Made by a program: the position numbers and the translations under genes
Assembly: GCA_049617695.1 (NCBI GenBank)
Contig: JBMZJT010000005.1
Coordinates: 2,965-55,727 of the forward strand
DNA from: Thermoplasmatota archaeon
Lineage (GTDB): Archaea; Thermoplasmatota; E2; JACPAO01; JAHFTW01
Reading direction: 5' to 3'
DNA length: 52,763 nt
In this document: positions 25,681-34,386 of the stretch, one piece after another
Layout of the letters: each line of letters opens with the position of its first letter
Numbering within the stretch: the stretch's first letter is position 1
Notes under the pieces: generated by a model
What the model was told of the DNA's origin: nothing
The model's input: only the letters and a program-made list of their open reading frames with translations
The model's database searches: none

Positions 25681-28143
25681 GTGCCGCACCATGCTCATGA
25701 TCACGCACACGCCGACCACGAGCATGGCGAACACGCACACCGCTCCGTTTCACAACAGTGCGATCAGGACGCCAGTGGCACGTCGCTGAGAATCAACATT
25801 CCCGTCATCCTACCGGAAGGCTCTGATTGCGACGCCTGCGGCGAACGCATCGTAGAAGCCATGCAGGGTCGACGCGGCGTCCAAGATGTCCACCTGGACC
25901 GAGAGAACGACGCCGTGGTGCTGTGCCTTCACTACGACCCCAACCTACTCACCCTTGAAGCCCTCGAGCGGCAAGTCGAAGCCGTCGGCGGCCAAATCGG
26001 TACACAGTTCCAGCACCGCACCTGGATGGTGCGCGACATGGATTGCGCTGACTGTGCCATGACCATCGAGCACGTGATCGGGCGCCTCGACGGCGTGCAA
26101 TCCGTCGTCGTCAACTACGCAGCAGGGAAGATGCGCGTCGAATTCGACGGCAAGGCGATCCATGCCCGAGCGATCCAGAAAAAGGTCCAATGGCTTGGCT
26201 ACGATGTCCAGGAACCTTCCCACGGTCACGGCCATGGCGACCACGATCATGACCACGCCCACGGTGCCGGCCTCAAAGTCGCTATCCTGAGCGGCGTCTT
26301 CCTCGCGCTGGGCTTCCTCGGAGAGACCTTCACGGATCTCCCCTTCCGCTACTTGCTACCACTCTATCTTGGCGCGTACCTCACGGGCGGCTACGACGCG
26401 ACCCGGCATGGCGTCAAGGCAGCCATCAAACTCCGCTTCGACATAGAATTCCTGATGGTCGTCGCGGCCATCGGCGCGGCCATCCTTGGCGAATGGGCAG
26501 AAGGCGCACTGCTTCTCTTCCTGTTCAGCCTCGGCCACGCACTGGAGCACTCGGCCATGGACAAAGCCCGCCATGCCATGCATGCACTGGGCGAAATCTC
26601 ACCAAAGACCGCACGCGTATATCGCGATGGCACAGAAATGGAGCTCCCCGTAGCCCAAGTGCAACGAGGAGACGAAGTCATCGTCCGCCCCGGGGAACGC
26701 CTGCCGGTGGACGGCATCGTGATCCGAGGCCATAGCAGCTTGGATCAATCCGCAATTACGGGAGAAAGCATCCCCGTCGAAGCCAGGGCCGAGGCATCCG
26801 TGTTTGCAGGATCCGTCAATGGCGATGGAAGTCTGCGCATTCGGACAACCAAGTTGTCCAGTGAATCCACGATGGCGCGCATCGTCAAGCTCGTGGAAGA
26901 GGCGCAGACCCAGAAATCCTCCACGCAGCGATTCACGGAGCGATTCAGCCGCATCTTTGTCCCGAGCAGCCTCGTGTTCGTGGCATTGGTCATCGCCGTG
27001 CCAGCCATCCTGAACATGGCACCTGCGACCGCAATAGGTAGTCGCATCGGGCTTCCGATATCCGAATCATTCCTGCGTGGGATGACCATCCTCGTTGCCG
27101 CCAGCCCATGCGCCCTGGCGATCAGCACGCCGGCCGCGGTCCTGAGCGGCATCGCGCAAGCTGCACGCAGCGGCGTCCTCGTCAAGGGAGGAGCCCACCT
27201 CGAAAACCTGGGAACCGTGCACACGGTGGCCTTTGACAAAACCGGCACCCTGACCATGGGTCGACCAGAGGTCACCGACCTCGCTCCCTTGGATACCAAC
27301 GAAGTTGAACTCTTGACGTACGCGGCGGCAGCAGAGGAACATTCCTCTCATCCACTGGCAAAAGCCATCACGGCGCGCGCCGAATCTCTCGTCTTGCCGG
27401 AGGCAGGGGACCTTCAGACACATGCCGGCCGAGGCATCGAAACCCTCGTTGACGGGGAACCAATCCTCGTTGGGAATCTCAAGCTCTTCCCCGATGCGCC
27501 CGACCAAATCCAGTTGGATGTCGACCGATTCGAGGAGGAAGGAAAGACCACGATGGTCGTCAAACGTGGCGATCGCTTCCTTGGCGTCATCGCCGTAGCA
27601 GATCAAGTACGCCCAGAAGCTGCGCAAGTCTTGGCCAAATTGAAGGCCGGCGGCGTGCAACGCATCGTCATGCTCACCGGCGACCACGAACGCGTCGCCA
27701 AGGTCATCGCCAACCAAGTCGGCGTCACTGAGGTCCGCGCGAACCTGCTACCCGAAGACAAGGTCGCGGCCATCAAGGAATTGGCCCGGGATGGCCCCGT
27801 CGCCATGGTAGGCGACGGCATCAACGATGCACCTGCCATGGCCAACGCAACAGTCGGCATTGCCATGGCCGCCCATGGGACCGATGTCGCCATGGAAACC
27901 GCCGATGTCGCGCTCATGGCAGACAGCCTCGACAAACTGCCCTTCGCCCTCGGCGTCAGCAAATCCAGCCGGCGCATCATCCAACAGAATCTCTTCGTCA
28001 GCCTCGGGACCATTGCACTGCTCATTCCATTCGCTTTGTTTGGATGGGCTGGAATCGGGATTGCCATCATCTTCCACGAAGGCAGCACACTATTGGTCGT
28101 CGGCAATGCACTGCGCCTTCTGCGATACGGAGCCACCTCATGA
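25681..28143 (+). CDS. Heavy-metal-translocating P1B-type ATPase (Zn/Cd/Co; SPC/HEGST signature)
   Basis: His-rich N-terminus, HMA CDAC and CADC, TGES, SPCAL, DKTGT, HP, GDGINDAP, HEGST. Confidence 0.95.
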   Translation: MPHHAHDHAHADHEHGEHAHRSVSQQCDQDASGTSLRINIPVILPEGSDCDACGERIVEAMQGRRGVQDVHLDRENDAVVLCLHYDPNLLTLEALERQVEAVGGQIGTQFQHRTWMVRDMDCADCAMTIEHVIGRLDGVQSVVVNYAAGKMRVEFDGKAIHARAIQKKVQWLGYDVQEPSHGHGHGDHDHDHAHGAGLKVAILSGVFLALGFLGETFTDLPFRYLLPLYLGAYLTGGYDATRHGVKAAIKLRFDIEFLMVVAAIGAAILGEWAEGALLLFLFSLGHALEHSAMDKARHAMHALGEISPKTARVYRDGTEMELPVAQVQRGDEVIVRPGERLPVDGIVIRGHSSLDQSAITGESIPVEARAEASVFAGSVNGDGSLRIRTTKLSSESTMARIVKLVEEAQTQKSSTQRFTERFSRIFVPSSLVFVALVIAVPAILNMAPATAIGSRIGLPISESFLRGMTILVAASPCALAISTPAAVLSGIAQAARSGVLVKGGAHLENLGTVHTVAFDKTGTLTMGRPEVTDLAPLDTNEVELLTYAAAAEEHSSHPLAKAITARAESLVLPEAGDLQTHAGRGIETLVDGEPILVGNLKLFPDAPDQIQLDVDRFEEEGKTTMVVKRGDRFLGVIAVADQVRPEAAQVLAKLKAGGVQRIVMLTGDHERVAKVIANQVGVTEVRANLLPEDKVAAIKELARDGPVAMVGDGINDAPAMANATVGIAMAAHGTDVAMETADVALMADSLDKLPFALGVSKSSRRIIQQNLFVSLGTIALLIPFALFGWAGIGIAIIFHEGSTLLVVGNALRLLRYGATS

Positions 28144-29564
28144 AACACCTGTCCATCCTGCTTCTCTTCCTGCTTCTTACCCCTGCGGCGGTAGCCCAGG
28201 ATGATGGCCATGATCACGACGAGCCGGGCCTGACGGAGGAAGTCCGAACTACTCCGCCGTTGTTCTTGATGGCCGACGGCTCGTTGGTCGAGCAGGGCGG
28301 CAGCGGCCAGGAATGCCTGGCAGTGGATGCGCAGAGTGGCACGCAAACAGCATCGTTTGCAACAACGCTGGCAAACGCAACCCACCACATTGAATCGAGC
28401 ACCGTATCGCTCTCCTTGGCGTTCACAGCCAACAGCAACCCGGGCAGTGGCTTCCGTCTCGATGCAGCGCTTCAGCAAGGAAACGCGCCTTCGTCATCGG
28501 CGAGCAGGACGTATGGGCCGGGTGCCTCCGTCGGTAGCCCCATCAACCTCGCCTTTGACGTCGATGACGCAGAGCCAAGCCTCGGAGCAACGACGCTCAC
28601 ACTCACCCTTACTCCCACGGCCATCGGCGGCGCCTTGCCCGGCGTCCTGGACGTTGGCATCCAGTGCGGCCCCGAATCCAGGCTGCACGCATTCGATTAC
28701 GCAGTCTTCACGGAATCAGAAGGAGACCCCTTCGATGACGGCCACGGGCACGACGAGGAAGGCGAAATCAAGACGCTTTACGTCATCCTGATTGCAATCG
28801 GAGCGGCCATCGTCACGTTCCTCGCCGGCATTCTTCCGTTGATCGGCAAGGCGCTTGCCCCGCAACGGCTCCACCTCTTCCTCGGCATCACGGCAGGCCT
28901 CCTGCTCTCCATCGCGATGGTGGACTTGATTCCGGAGGCCATCCAGGAAGGAGGGGGAAGTGTCGCATGGACGGTTGCTTTGGGCATCTTGATCCTCTAC
29001 GGAGTCAAGCACCTAGCTGGGGAGACGCACAGCCACGCCGACCACAGTGAACACCCCAGCCACCATGCGCCAGATGCGGATGATGAGCACACCGACCAAC
29101 ATGCAGGACGCTTCGCAGTGGTCGCCTTCGGTGCGCTGTTGTTTCATCGCCTCGTAGATGGTTTGGCACTTCCCGGTGCATTCGCTGCGGGAGGCGATGT
29201 CGGGTTTGCAGCTAGCAGCGCCATCCTCATCCATCAATTCCCGGACGGCCTCGCAGCCGCGAGCATATTCCTAGGCGCCGGATGGCACCGCAAGAAGATT
29301 CTCCTCGCCGTGGCCGGCCTCGCGTTTGCAACACCACTGGGAAGTCTAGCCGGCCTTGCCTTTGCCGGCATCGACGGCGCACTCCCACACCTATTGGCTC
29401 TGGCGGCTGCGACATTCATCTTCATCGCACTAGCCGAACTTCTGCCCGAACTGCGAGCAAAGCAGTACCGATTCATCGTCGTCGTCGGTTTCCTACTCGG
29501 CTACGGCTTGACGTTTGGAATCGAACTCTTTGCCGAGCTGTTTGGAGGAGGACACGGCCATTGA
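28140..29564 (+). CDS. ZIP-family metal transporter with N-terminal exported domain
   Basis: Signal peptide, ~190-aa soluble domain, then AG.LL..A..DLIPEA, His-rich loop, H.LVDG, HQFPDG, FIFIAL.ELLPE. Confidence 0.85.
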   Translation: MKHLSILLLFLLLTPAAVAQDDGHDHDEPGLTEEVRTTPPLFLMADGSLVEQGGSGQECLAVDAQSGTQTASFATTLANATHHIESSTVSLSLAFTANSNPGSGFRLDAALQQGNAPSSSASRTYGPGASVGSPINLAFDVDDAEPSLGATTLTLTLTPTAIGGALPGVLDVGIQCGPESRLHAFDYAVFTESEGDPFDDGHGHDEEGEIKTLYVILIAIGAAIVTFLAGILPLIGKALAPQRLHLFLGITAGLLLSIAMVDLIPEAIQEGGGSVAWTVALGILILYGVKHLAGETHSHADHSEHPSHHAPDADDEHTDQHAGRFAVVAFGALLFHRLVDGLALPGAFAAGGDVGFAASSAILIHQFPDGLAAASIFLGAGWHRKKILLAVAGLAFATPLGSLAGLAFAGIDGALPHLLALAAATFIFIALAELLPELRAKQYRFIVVVGFLLGYGLTFGIELFAELFGGGHGH

Positions 29565-29567
29565 ACC

Positions 29568-29813
29568 ATGACGCCGGACGTCTCCCGACCTACATTCTGG
29601 CAAGTGTTTGCCAAAGCCAACCCGTGGATCTGGATCCCCCTCTTCCTATGGCTCACGCAAGTCTGGGCCATCTGGGACAGTGATTTCACGATGGAAGTGA
29701 CGATGCTCCAATTGCCGTTCGTGATGGCGTTCCAGGTCGTGATCTTCCTCATTGCTCGGGAACGAATTGTCGAGTCTGGGGCTTCGATGGATGAACGCGA
29801 AACCAGTAACTGA
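29568..29813 (+). CDS. Small two-TM membrane protein
   Basis: Starts 3 bp after the ZIP stop; two hydrophobic segments. Confidence 0.55.
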   Translation: MTPDVSRPTFWQVFAKANPWIWIPLFLWLTQVWAIWDSDFTMEVTMLQLPFVMAFQVVIFLIARERIVESGASMDERETSN

Positions 29814-30002
29814 ACAGGCCGTCAAGGCAGCCATTTGGAGGCGGGCCTCAAAACGGGACAGGCAGTCTCGGTTTCCATCGAGTGCCCCGGCCAGGCTCCC
29901 GTGGCGCCACGCAACCGAACCTTCCGCCATCATCCCCGACGACGCAATCAGCAGGTTCTGCGAACGCGACGCATTTTCTACGTGTCTCGCGGGACTGCCA
30001 AT

Positions 30003-30272
30003 TCAGCAATGCATCGGGCCCGAGCCGCGAAATTCGGGCAACAGGAACGTCTTGGCTCCGCGCCATGGTTCGTTAGGCCGTGATAGGCCATGCACGATGC
30101 CTCGGTTGAATTCCAAGAAGAGTTCTAGGTAGTGCTCGGCTTCATCGTCGCCGTCGAGTAATTTGTCGAGCGGGAAGCCGTATTCGGCGCATTTGGATAG
30201 GAGTGCTTGGGCTTCCTCAAGGTCATTCCAAGTCTTGTCGGGAATCTGGGGAGGTTGAGCCTCTTCAGTCAT
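30003..30272 (-). CDS. Hypothetical acidic protein
   Basis: ATG overlaps the stop of the HAD gene; plausible composition. Confidence 0.55.
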   Translation of the reverse strand: MTEEAQPPQIPDKTWNDLEEAQALLSKCAEYGFPLDKLLDGDDEAEHYLELFLEFNRGIVHGLSRPNEPWRGAKTFLLPEFRGSGPMHC

Positions 30273-30739
30273 ATTTCGCGCCCCTCCGTCACAGATTCAA
30301 TACGCTTGGGGATTGGCGGAAGTGTGCCGTCACGGAACAGTTTGGCATCGAGGAACTGGACTTGGGCGATGCGGGCAGCGGTCTGGTCAATTCGGAGGTT
30401 ATCCCCTACGTACAGGGAAATCCTTGCATCCCTCATCGCCTGGGCTTTCCACGCGGCCTGCGAGGTGCAATCCAGGCCCACGCGGGTAGGTCTGGTGATC
30501 ACCGGCAGACCTTGGCCCACAAATGCGCGCAGCCAGTACGATAGCGAGCTGGCATGGCGCGCATCGCGGCCTGTGATGATGACAACTTCATGGCCGGCGG
30601 CAAGGATTCTCCGGACCCACTTCACGGCGCCCAGTAGCGCGGCGCTGTTGGCCAACGTCCAAGTGGGATCTTCATAGTTGATGCGTGCGCCCTGCGGCCA
30701 AACGGACAGAGTGCCGTCGAAGTCGAATCCAATTCGCAT
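30269..30739 (-). CDS. Capless HAD-superfamily phosphatase (phage PNKP/5'-nucleotidase-like)
   Basis: IGFDFDGT (motif I), ITGR (II), K (III), YVGDN..D (IV). Confidence 0.8.
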   Translation of the reverse strand: MRIGFDFDGTLSVWPQGARINYEDPTWTLANSAALLGAVKWVRRILAAGHEVVIITGRDARHASSLSYWLRAFVGQGLPVITRPTRVGLDCTSQAAWKAQAMRDARISLYVGDNLRIDQTAARIAQVQFLDAKLFRDGTLPPIPKRIESVTEGREI

Positions 30740-30792
30740 ACTTGTGCATGCGTGGCCATGATGACGGCCGTCGTGGTTGGGGGCAGGCAAAG

Positions 30793-30984
30793 CTACTGCG
30801 CAGGGGGCTCATCTACACGGTAGACTTCGTCGTCTATCGGGCAGTATCCGCGACCGTCAAGGGTGCGGTTGGTGGGGCCTGGGCCGCCGGAATCGCGGAC
30901 ATAGACTCGCAACATAGGCCCGCCACACCGAGGGCAGACTAGGCGCGGGCGGTTCCCCATGCGCCTCCAGAAGGCCTTGAGCAT
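30793..30984 (-). CDS. Small zinc-ribbon protein
   Basis: CPRC...YCPID. Confidence 0.55.
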   Translation of the reverse strand: MLKAFWRRMGNRPRLVCPRCGGPMLRVYVRDSGGPGPTNRTLDGRGYCPIDDEVYRVDEPPAQ

Positions 30985-31262
30985 TTACAACAAGCCATGT
31001 TGAATGTGCCCATTACCGGAGTGATGTCTTCTCTTGGCAATAGGGGCAAGGAAACCTACGTAAACAAGTCACCAGTGATGAACAAAAACCTCTAATGTGC
31101 CTATTAGAATCGGCCTGCATGGGTTGCCGCTCGCGCGGCCAACCTGCTCGCCAAGCGATGGGTAGTCGGCGGCCAGAAAGACCACTGCGACCCCAAACGC
31201 CCGCTGAGTATCTTCACTCGCCCCGTGCGTGTACTCAAGAACGCAAGTCGGAACGCGTAAGT

Positions 31263-31913
31263 ATGCGTTGGGCGCGTTGTCCCAGCGTGAGCGCCACGAC
31301 AGTCACGGCTTCGAGTGAGTTGCGAAAGGCGTTCTTCGCAGGCTTGGCCCAATCATCGATGCAGCCAGGCGACATGGTGGAGCTCGCAATTGCCAGCAAC
31401 GATCCGGGAATCATTACGGCATTCACGAAAGAACTGGTCGACGCCGGCAACCATGTGGCTCTCGAACACATGATGGCGCGATTGATGTCCTCGAAGCAGC
31501 CGGATTCAAGACCGGCCCAGGTCGAAGTCCCCACCCCGGAACCGAAACGGCCGAGTATTTTGCCGATCCCGGAAGAATGGGACATCAAGGGACATCCTAT
31601 CGCCGGCATTTTTGATGGCTTTCACGAAGACCTGGACCAACCATACAGTACGACTGACTCCACAACGGTGGGCAAGCGACTTGCCAAAGCGTTCCAGGCG
31701 CTTGGCCCCGGCGAAGCCCTAACAACTCATCAAATTCATCGAGCAGGCCTCGGTTTTGCTGAGCTGCCAAAGGATCGCCCCGAATTGCGTCACACAATCC
31801 GCAACGGCCGAGCGCGTGCCAACGAGATCCTCGAAGAAAAGAAGCTAACAACTCAAGCCGTGCAGGTGCACGGCCGAATGTACGCGTACTACCTCCGGGA
31901 GGTTGGTACCTAA
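31263..31913 (+). CDS. Hypothetical protein with possible C-terminal winged helix
   Basis: Start uncertain (31263 ATG or 31287 GTG); ALGPGEALTTHQIH...RARANEIL...GRMYAYYL. Confidence 0.55.
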   Translation: MRWARCPSVSATTVTASSELRKAFFAGLAQSSMQPGDMVELAIASNDPGIITAFTKELVDAGNHVALEHMMARLMSSKQPDSRPAQVEVPTPEPKRPSILPIPEEWDIKGHPIAGIFDGFHEDLDQPYSTTDSTTVGKRLAKAFQALGPGEALTTHQIHRAGLGFAELPKDRPELRHTIRNGRARANEILEEKKLTTQAVQVHGRMYAYYLREVGT

Positions 31914-32024
31914 ACGAGCACCGGACTCCTTCGAGTCCGCAAAAATGGCCACACCTGGGGGCAGCAACCAGTAGCACGGAACCTGCTCCCCAGGAGGTGG
32001 CCATCACCTAGGCGGTGACAATCA

Positions 32025-32627
32025 GTGGAAGCCAGAACCCCGACAAAAGACTTGCCAAACGGCAACGGACGCGTTCCAGCCGTTACCATCAACATCTTCC
32101 TTGACAGCGGCGGCGCCACCGTCGCGCAAGGCCCTCCTGTTGAACCTCCCCGTCCGAGCCCTGAACCGGCCATCGATGATTTCCTGAACGGAGAAACCAG
32201 CGAGCCGGAAGACGACGCTGATGAGATCATCCTGCGCGAGCGGTTCTATGCTCTCGACATCGAGGCGGAGCACGTCATCGTTGCCCTCATGGATCAGCCA
32301 GGTCGATTCACCGTCAACCAAATCTGGGCAAAGCTACGCGAATACTGGGATACGGAAGACCTCTGGACGCCAGAAACGTGGGCCGCGGGAATCAAGCGAA
32401 GTACCGGCGGCATGAAACTGGAGCCGCGGTTCAGCTCGGCAGAAGACGCGGGCCGCCCCATCCCCAAGGCGATCGACCCAAGTGGCCTCCGGGAACGCCT
32501 TCGCAAAGCAATCAACAACGCGGCCATCCTGGAACACGGCAAGCCCGTTGATGTGTACCAAGAACCCGGTGGACAAGGCCGTGAGACTGTGTATGTCGTG
32601 ACCGCCCTGGGAGACGAGGAGGAATGA
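32025..32627 (+). CDS. Hypothetical protein with possible winged helix
   Basis: Pro/acidic N-terminal linker; ALMDQPGRFTVNQIW...LRERLRKAI...ETVY. Confidence 0.6.
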   Translation: MEARTPTKDLPNGNGRVPAVTINIFLDSGGATVAQGPPVEPPRPSPEPAIDDFLNGETSEPEDDADEIILRERFYALDIEAEHVIVALMDQPGRFTVNQIWAKLREYWDTEDLWTPETWAAGIKRSTGGMKLEPRFSSAEDAGRPIPKAIDPSGLRERLRKAINNAAILEHGKPVDVYQEPGGQGRETVYVVTALGDEEE

Positions 32628-32978
32628 ATGCCGCCTGCTCCCGACATGGATCGGTTCACCATGGAAGCCGTGGTTGACGTGCTCATTCACCACCCCGGCT
32701 ACCATACCGTCGTATCCACGGCGACCCGCGTCCTAACGGAACGCAAGTACGACGACATCCTACTATGGTTCACCACCAGGCGCTCCGGCGAACACGGGAC
32801 ACTGCTCCACCGAACTCCAGGAGAAATCAAAGCCGTTGAGCGTCGTCGCCGACGCGTCAACGACCTGCTATCCGCAGGCGTCCTCTACGTGGATCACAAG
32901 CGCAACTGGGTTGGCGAGCGCGTCCATGCCCGCCACCAGCAGGAAATCACGTTCCTGACGAAGCGAGTCCAGAAATGA
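32628..32978 (+). CDS. Hypothetical basic protein, possible winged helix, coupled to the transposase
   Basis: Abuts the upstream stop; VLIHHPGYHTV...VNDLLSAGVLYVD; stop overlaps the transposase ATG. Confidence 0.6.
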   Translation: MPPAPDMDRFTMEAVVDVLIHHPGYHTVVSTATRVLTERKYDDILLWFTTRRSGEHGTLLHRTPGEIKAVERRRRRVNDLLSAGVLYVDHKRNWVGERVHARHQQEITFLTKRVQK

Positions 32979-34288
32979 ACCCCTGGAGCAAGCTGTTTCG
33001 CAGCATCGTCGTCTGCATCACACTTCGCTGCGGGGCCCCAAAACCCACAGAATTGGCTCGCGGCGCCATTCATGCTGGGCAATCAGGTGCGAACTGGTCC
33101 CATGTAGAATTGGCAGGCCTCGCCTGCTCCCGGCCATCCAGTACCACGAGCACATGGCTGGCCAAACTCAGCGAACGCCCCCTCGAGGCGCTTTCATGGT
33201 GCCTGCAACTCGTTGCACGAGCCTTGGTCGCATGGGTGTCCGCGGACCATGATCACTACGTCCTCAGCGTCGACCAACACCTCGAAGAGCACCGCGACCC
33301 GCCCCCGAAGGAGCGACGCAGCAAGAACCCGGAGGCATTGCACAACTTCCTCGTGAAGAACACCAAAAAGCAAGGCGGCACCAAATGGGCACTACCATTG
33401 GCCTGCGGCCTCCTGATCTGGAAGCACAAGGGCCACGAATACCGATGGCCAATCTTTCTTCGATTCCTGCTCCCCACGCAGTACATTGCCACGAACCACC
33501 ACGCCATTTACACGCAAGCCATGGATGCAGTCGGCATCACGGCCACGCTCAGTGCCGACGCCGGATTCTCCTACCGCAGCATCGTCGAGGCATGGCTCGG
33601 GGAGGGGCGGCGCTTCGTCATTCGCGTGGCGTTTCGACGAAGCGGATGGCAATTCTTCTACGACGTCCAAGGGAAGCGACACAAAGTCACCACGTACATG
33701 CGGCGATTCGCCGAGCGCAAACCGCTTCCCCCGCCGTTCATCGTGAAAGTTCGTGGAACTCCCGTTCTGCGAAGCCGACGCATCAAATCGATACGGGGCC
33801 GCTTCTGGCCGGACGGCCCCCTTGTGAACATCACCTTCGTGGCTGCATACGTCGTTGTGAATGGCAAGCTGGTCTTCAGTGAGAAGCACTGCCACGTGTA
33901 CGTATCTCACAAAGGGCTTAGCGGGGAGGCGGCTCGGCAAGTTTTCCGGAGGAGGTGGCCGGTGGAGGTGTACTTCCGACAGGGGCGAGACGATCGCCCT
34001 GATTGGCGTGCCCACAATCGCAATCGATTCGAATTGTACATCGGACTCCACATGCTTCGAACCGCTCTTGGTTTGCTCATCCAAGCCACGATGACGGGCC
34101 AGGGCATTGAGGAACTTGGCAAGCACAAGGTTGGTCGATTCGGCATCCCGCTCGTCACGCGGTCCCTCCTGCACCACCACGAACACGGTCGAGTTGTGCG
34201 CAAACACGCGCCGGATCCGCCGCCGATCCCCATCGACGATGCGGTTCGCGAGAGCACGCAGCGCTGGCTCATGCTGCAGCAGGATTGA
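32975..34288 (+). CDS. DDE transposase, IS4 superfamily (ISH3/IS701-like)
   Basis: LSVD (D100), ADAGF (D195), FVIR, FRRRWPVEVYFRQGR (E331; variant of Y-2-R-3-E-6-K). Confidence 0.85.
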   Translation: MNPWSKLFRSIVVCITLRCGAPKPTELARGAIHAGQSGANWSHVELAGLACSRPSSTTSTWLAKLSERPLEALSWCLQLVARALVAWVSADHDHYVLSVDQHLEEHRDPPPKERRSKNPEALHNFLVKNTKKQGGTKWALPLACGLLIWKHKGHEYRWPIFLRFLLPTQYIATNHHAIYTQAMDAVGITATLSADAGFSYRSIVEAWLGEGRRFVIRVAFRRSGWQFFYDVQGKRHKVTTYMRRFAERKPLPPPFIVKVRGTPVLRSRRIKSIRGRFWPDGPLVNITFVAAYVVVNGKLVFSEKHCHVYVSHKGLSGEAARQVFRRRWPVEVYFRQGRDDRPDWRAHNRNRFELYIGLHMLRTALGLLIQATMTGQGIEELGKHKVGRFGIPLVTRSLLHHHEHGRVVRKHAPDPPPIPIDDAVRESTQRWLMLQQD

Positions 34289-34291
34289 GCA

Positions 34292-34321
34292 ACCTCAGAA
34301 CCTCATCGACCTCACTGAGGT
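34292..34321. repeat. Right subterminal ACCTCA x3 plus TGAGGT
   Basis: ACCTCA at 34292, 34300, 34309 and TGAGGT at 34316 (palindrome ACCTCA-C-TGAGGT). Confidence 0.75.
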
Positions 34322-34328
34322 AGCCCGA

Positions 34329-34340
34329 CGAGAAGTGCAG
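34329..34340 (-). repeat. Right terminal inverted repeat CGAGAAGTGCAG
   Basis: Exact reverse complement of 3763-3774. Confidence 0.9.
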
Positions 34341-34347
34341 TGAATGC
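34341..34347 (+). repeat. Right target-site duplication TGAATGC
   Basis: Identical to 3756-3762; abuts the right TIR. Confidence 0.9.
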
Positions 34348-34386
34348 GGCGCAACGGTGAAATGGTTGGAGCGCAGAAGCGGTGCC

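Larger units (their letters stand above)
3763..34340. mobile_element. ~30.6-kb cargo-carrying DDE transposon (heavy-metal/copper cargo)
   Basis: 12-bp perfect TIRs at 3763-3774 and 34329-34340, 7-bp TSD outside both, DDE transposase ending 52 bp inside the right end, and boundaries that coincide with the switch between housekeeping and accessory genes. Confidence 0.9.
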
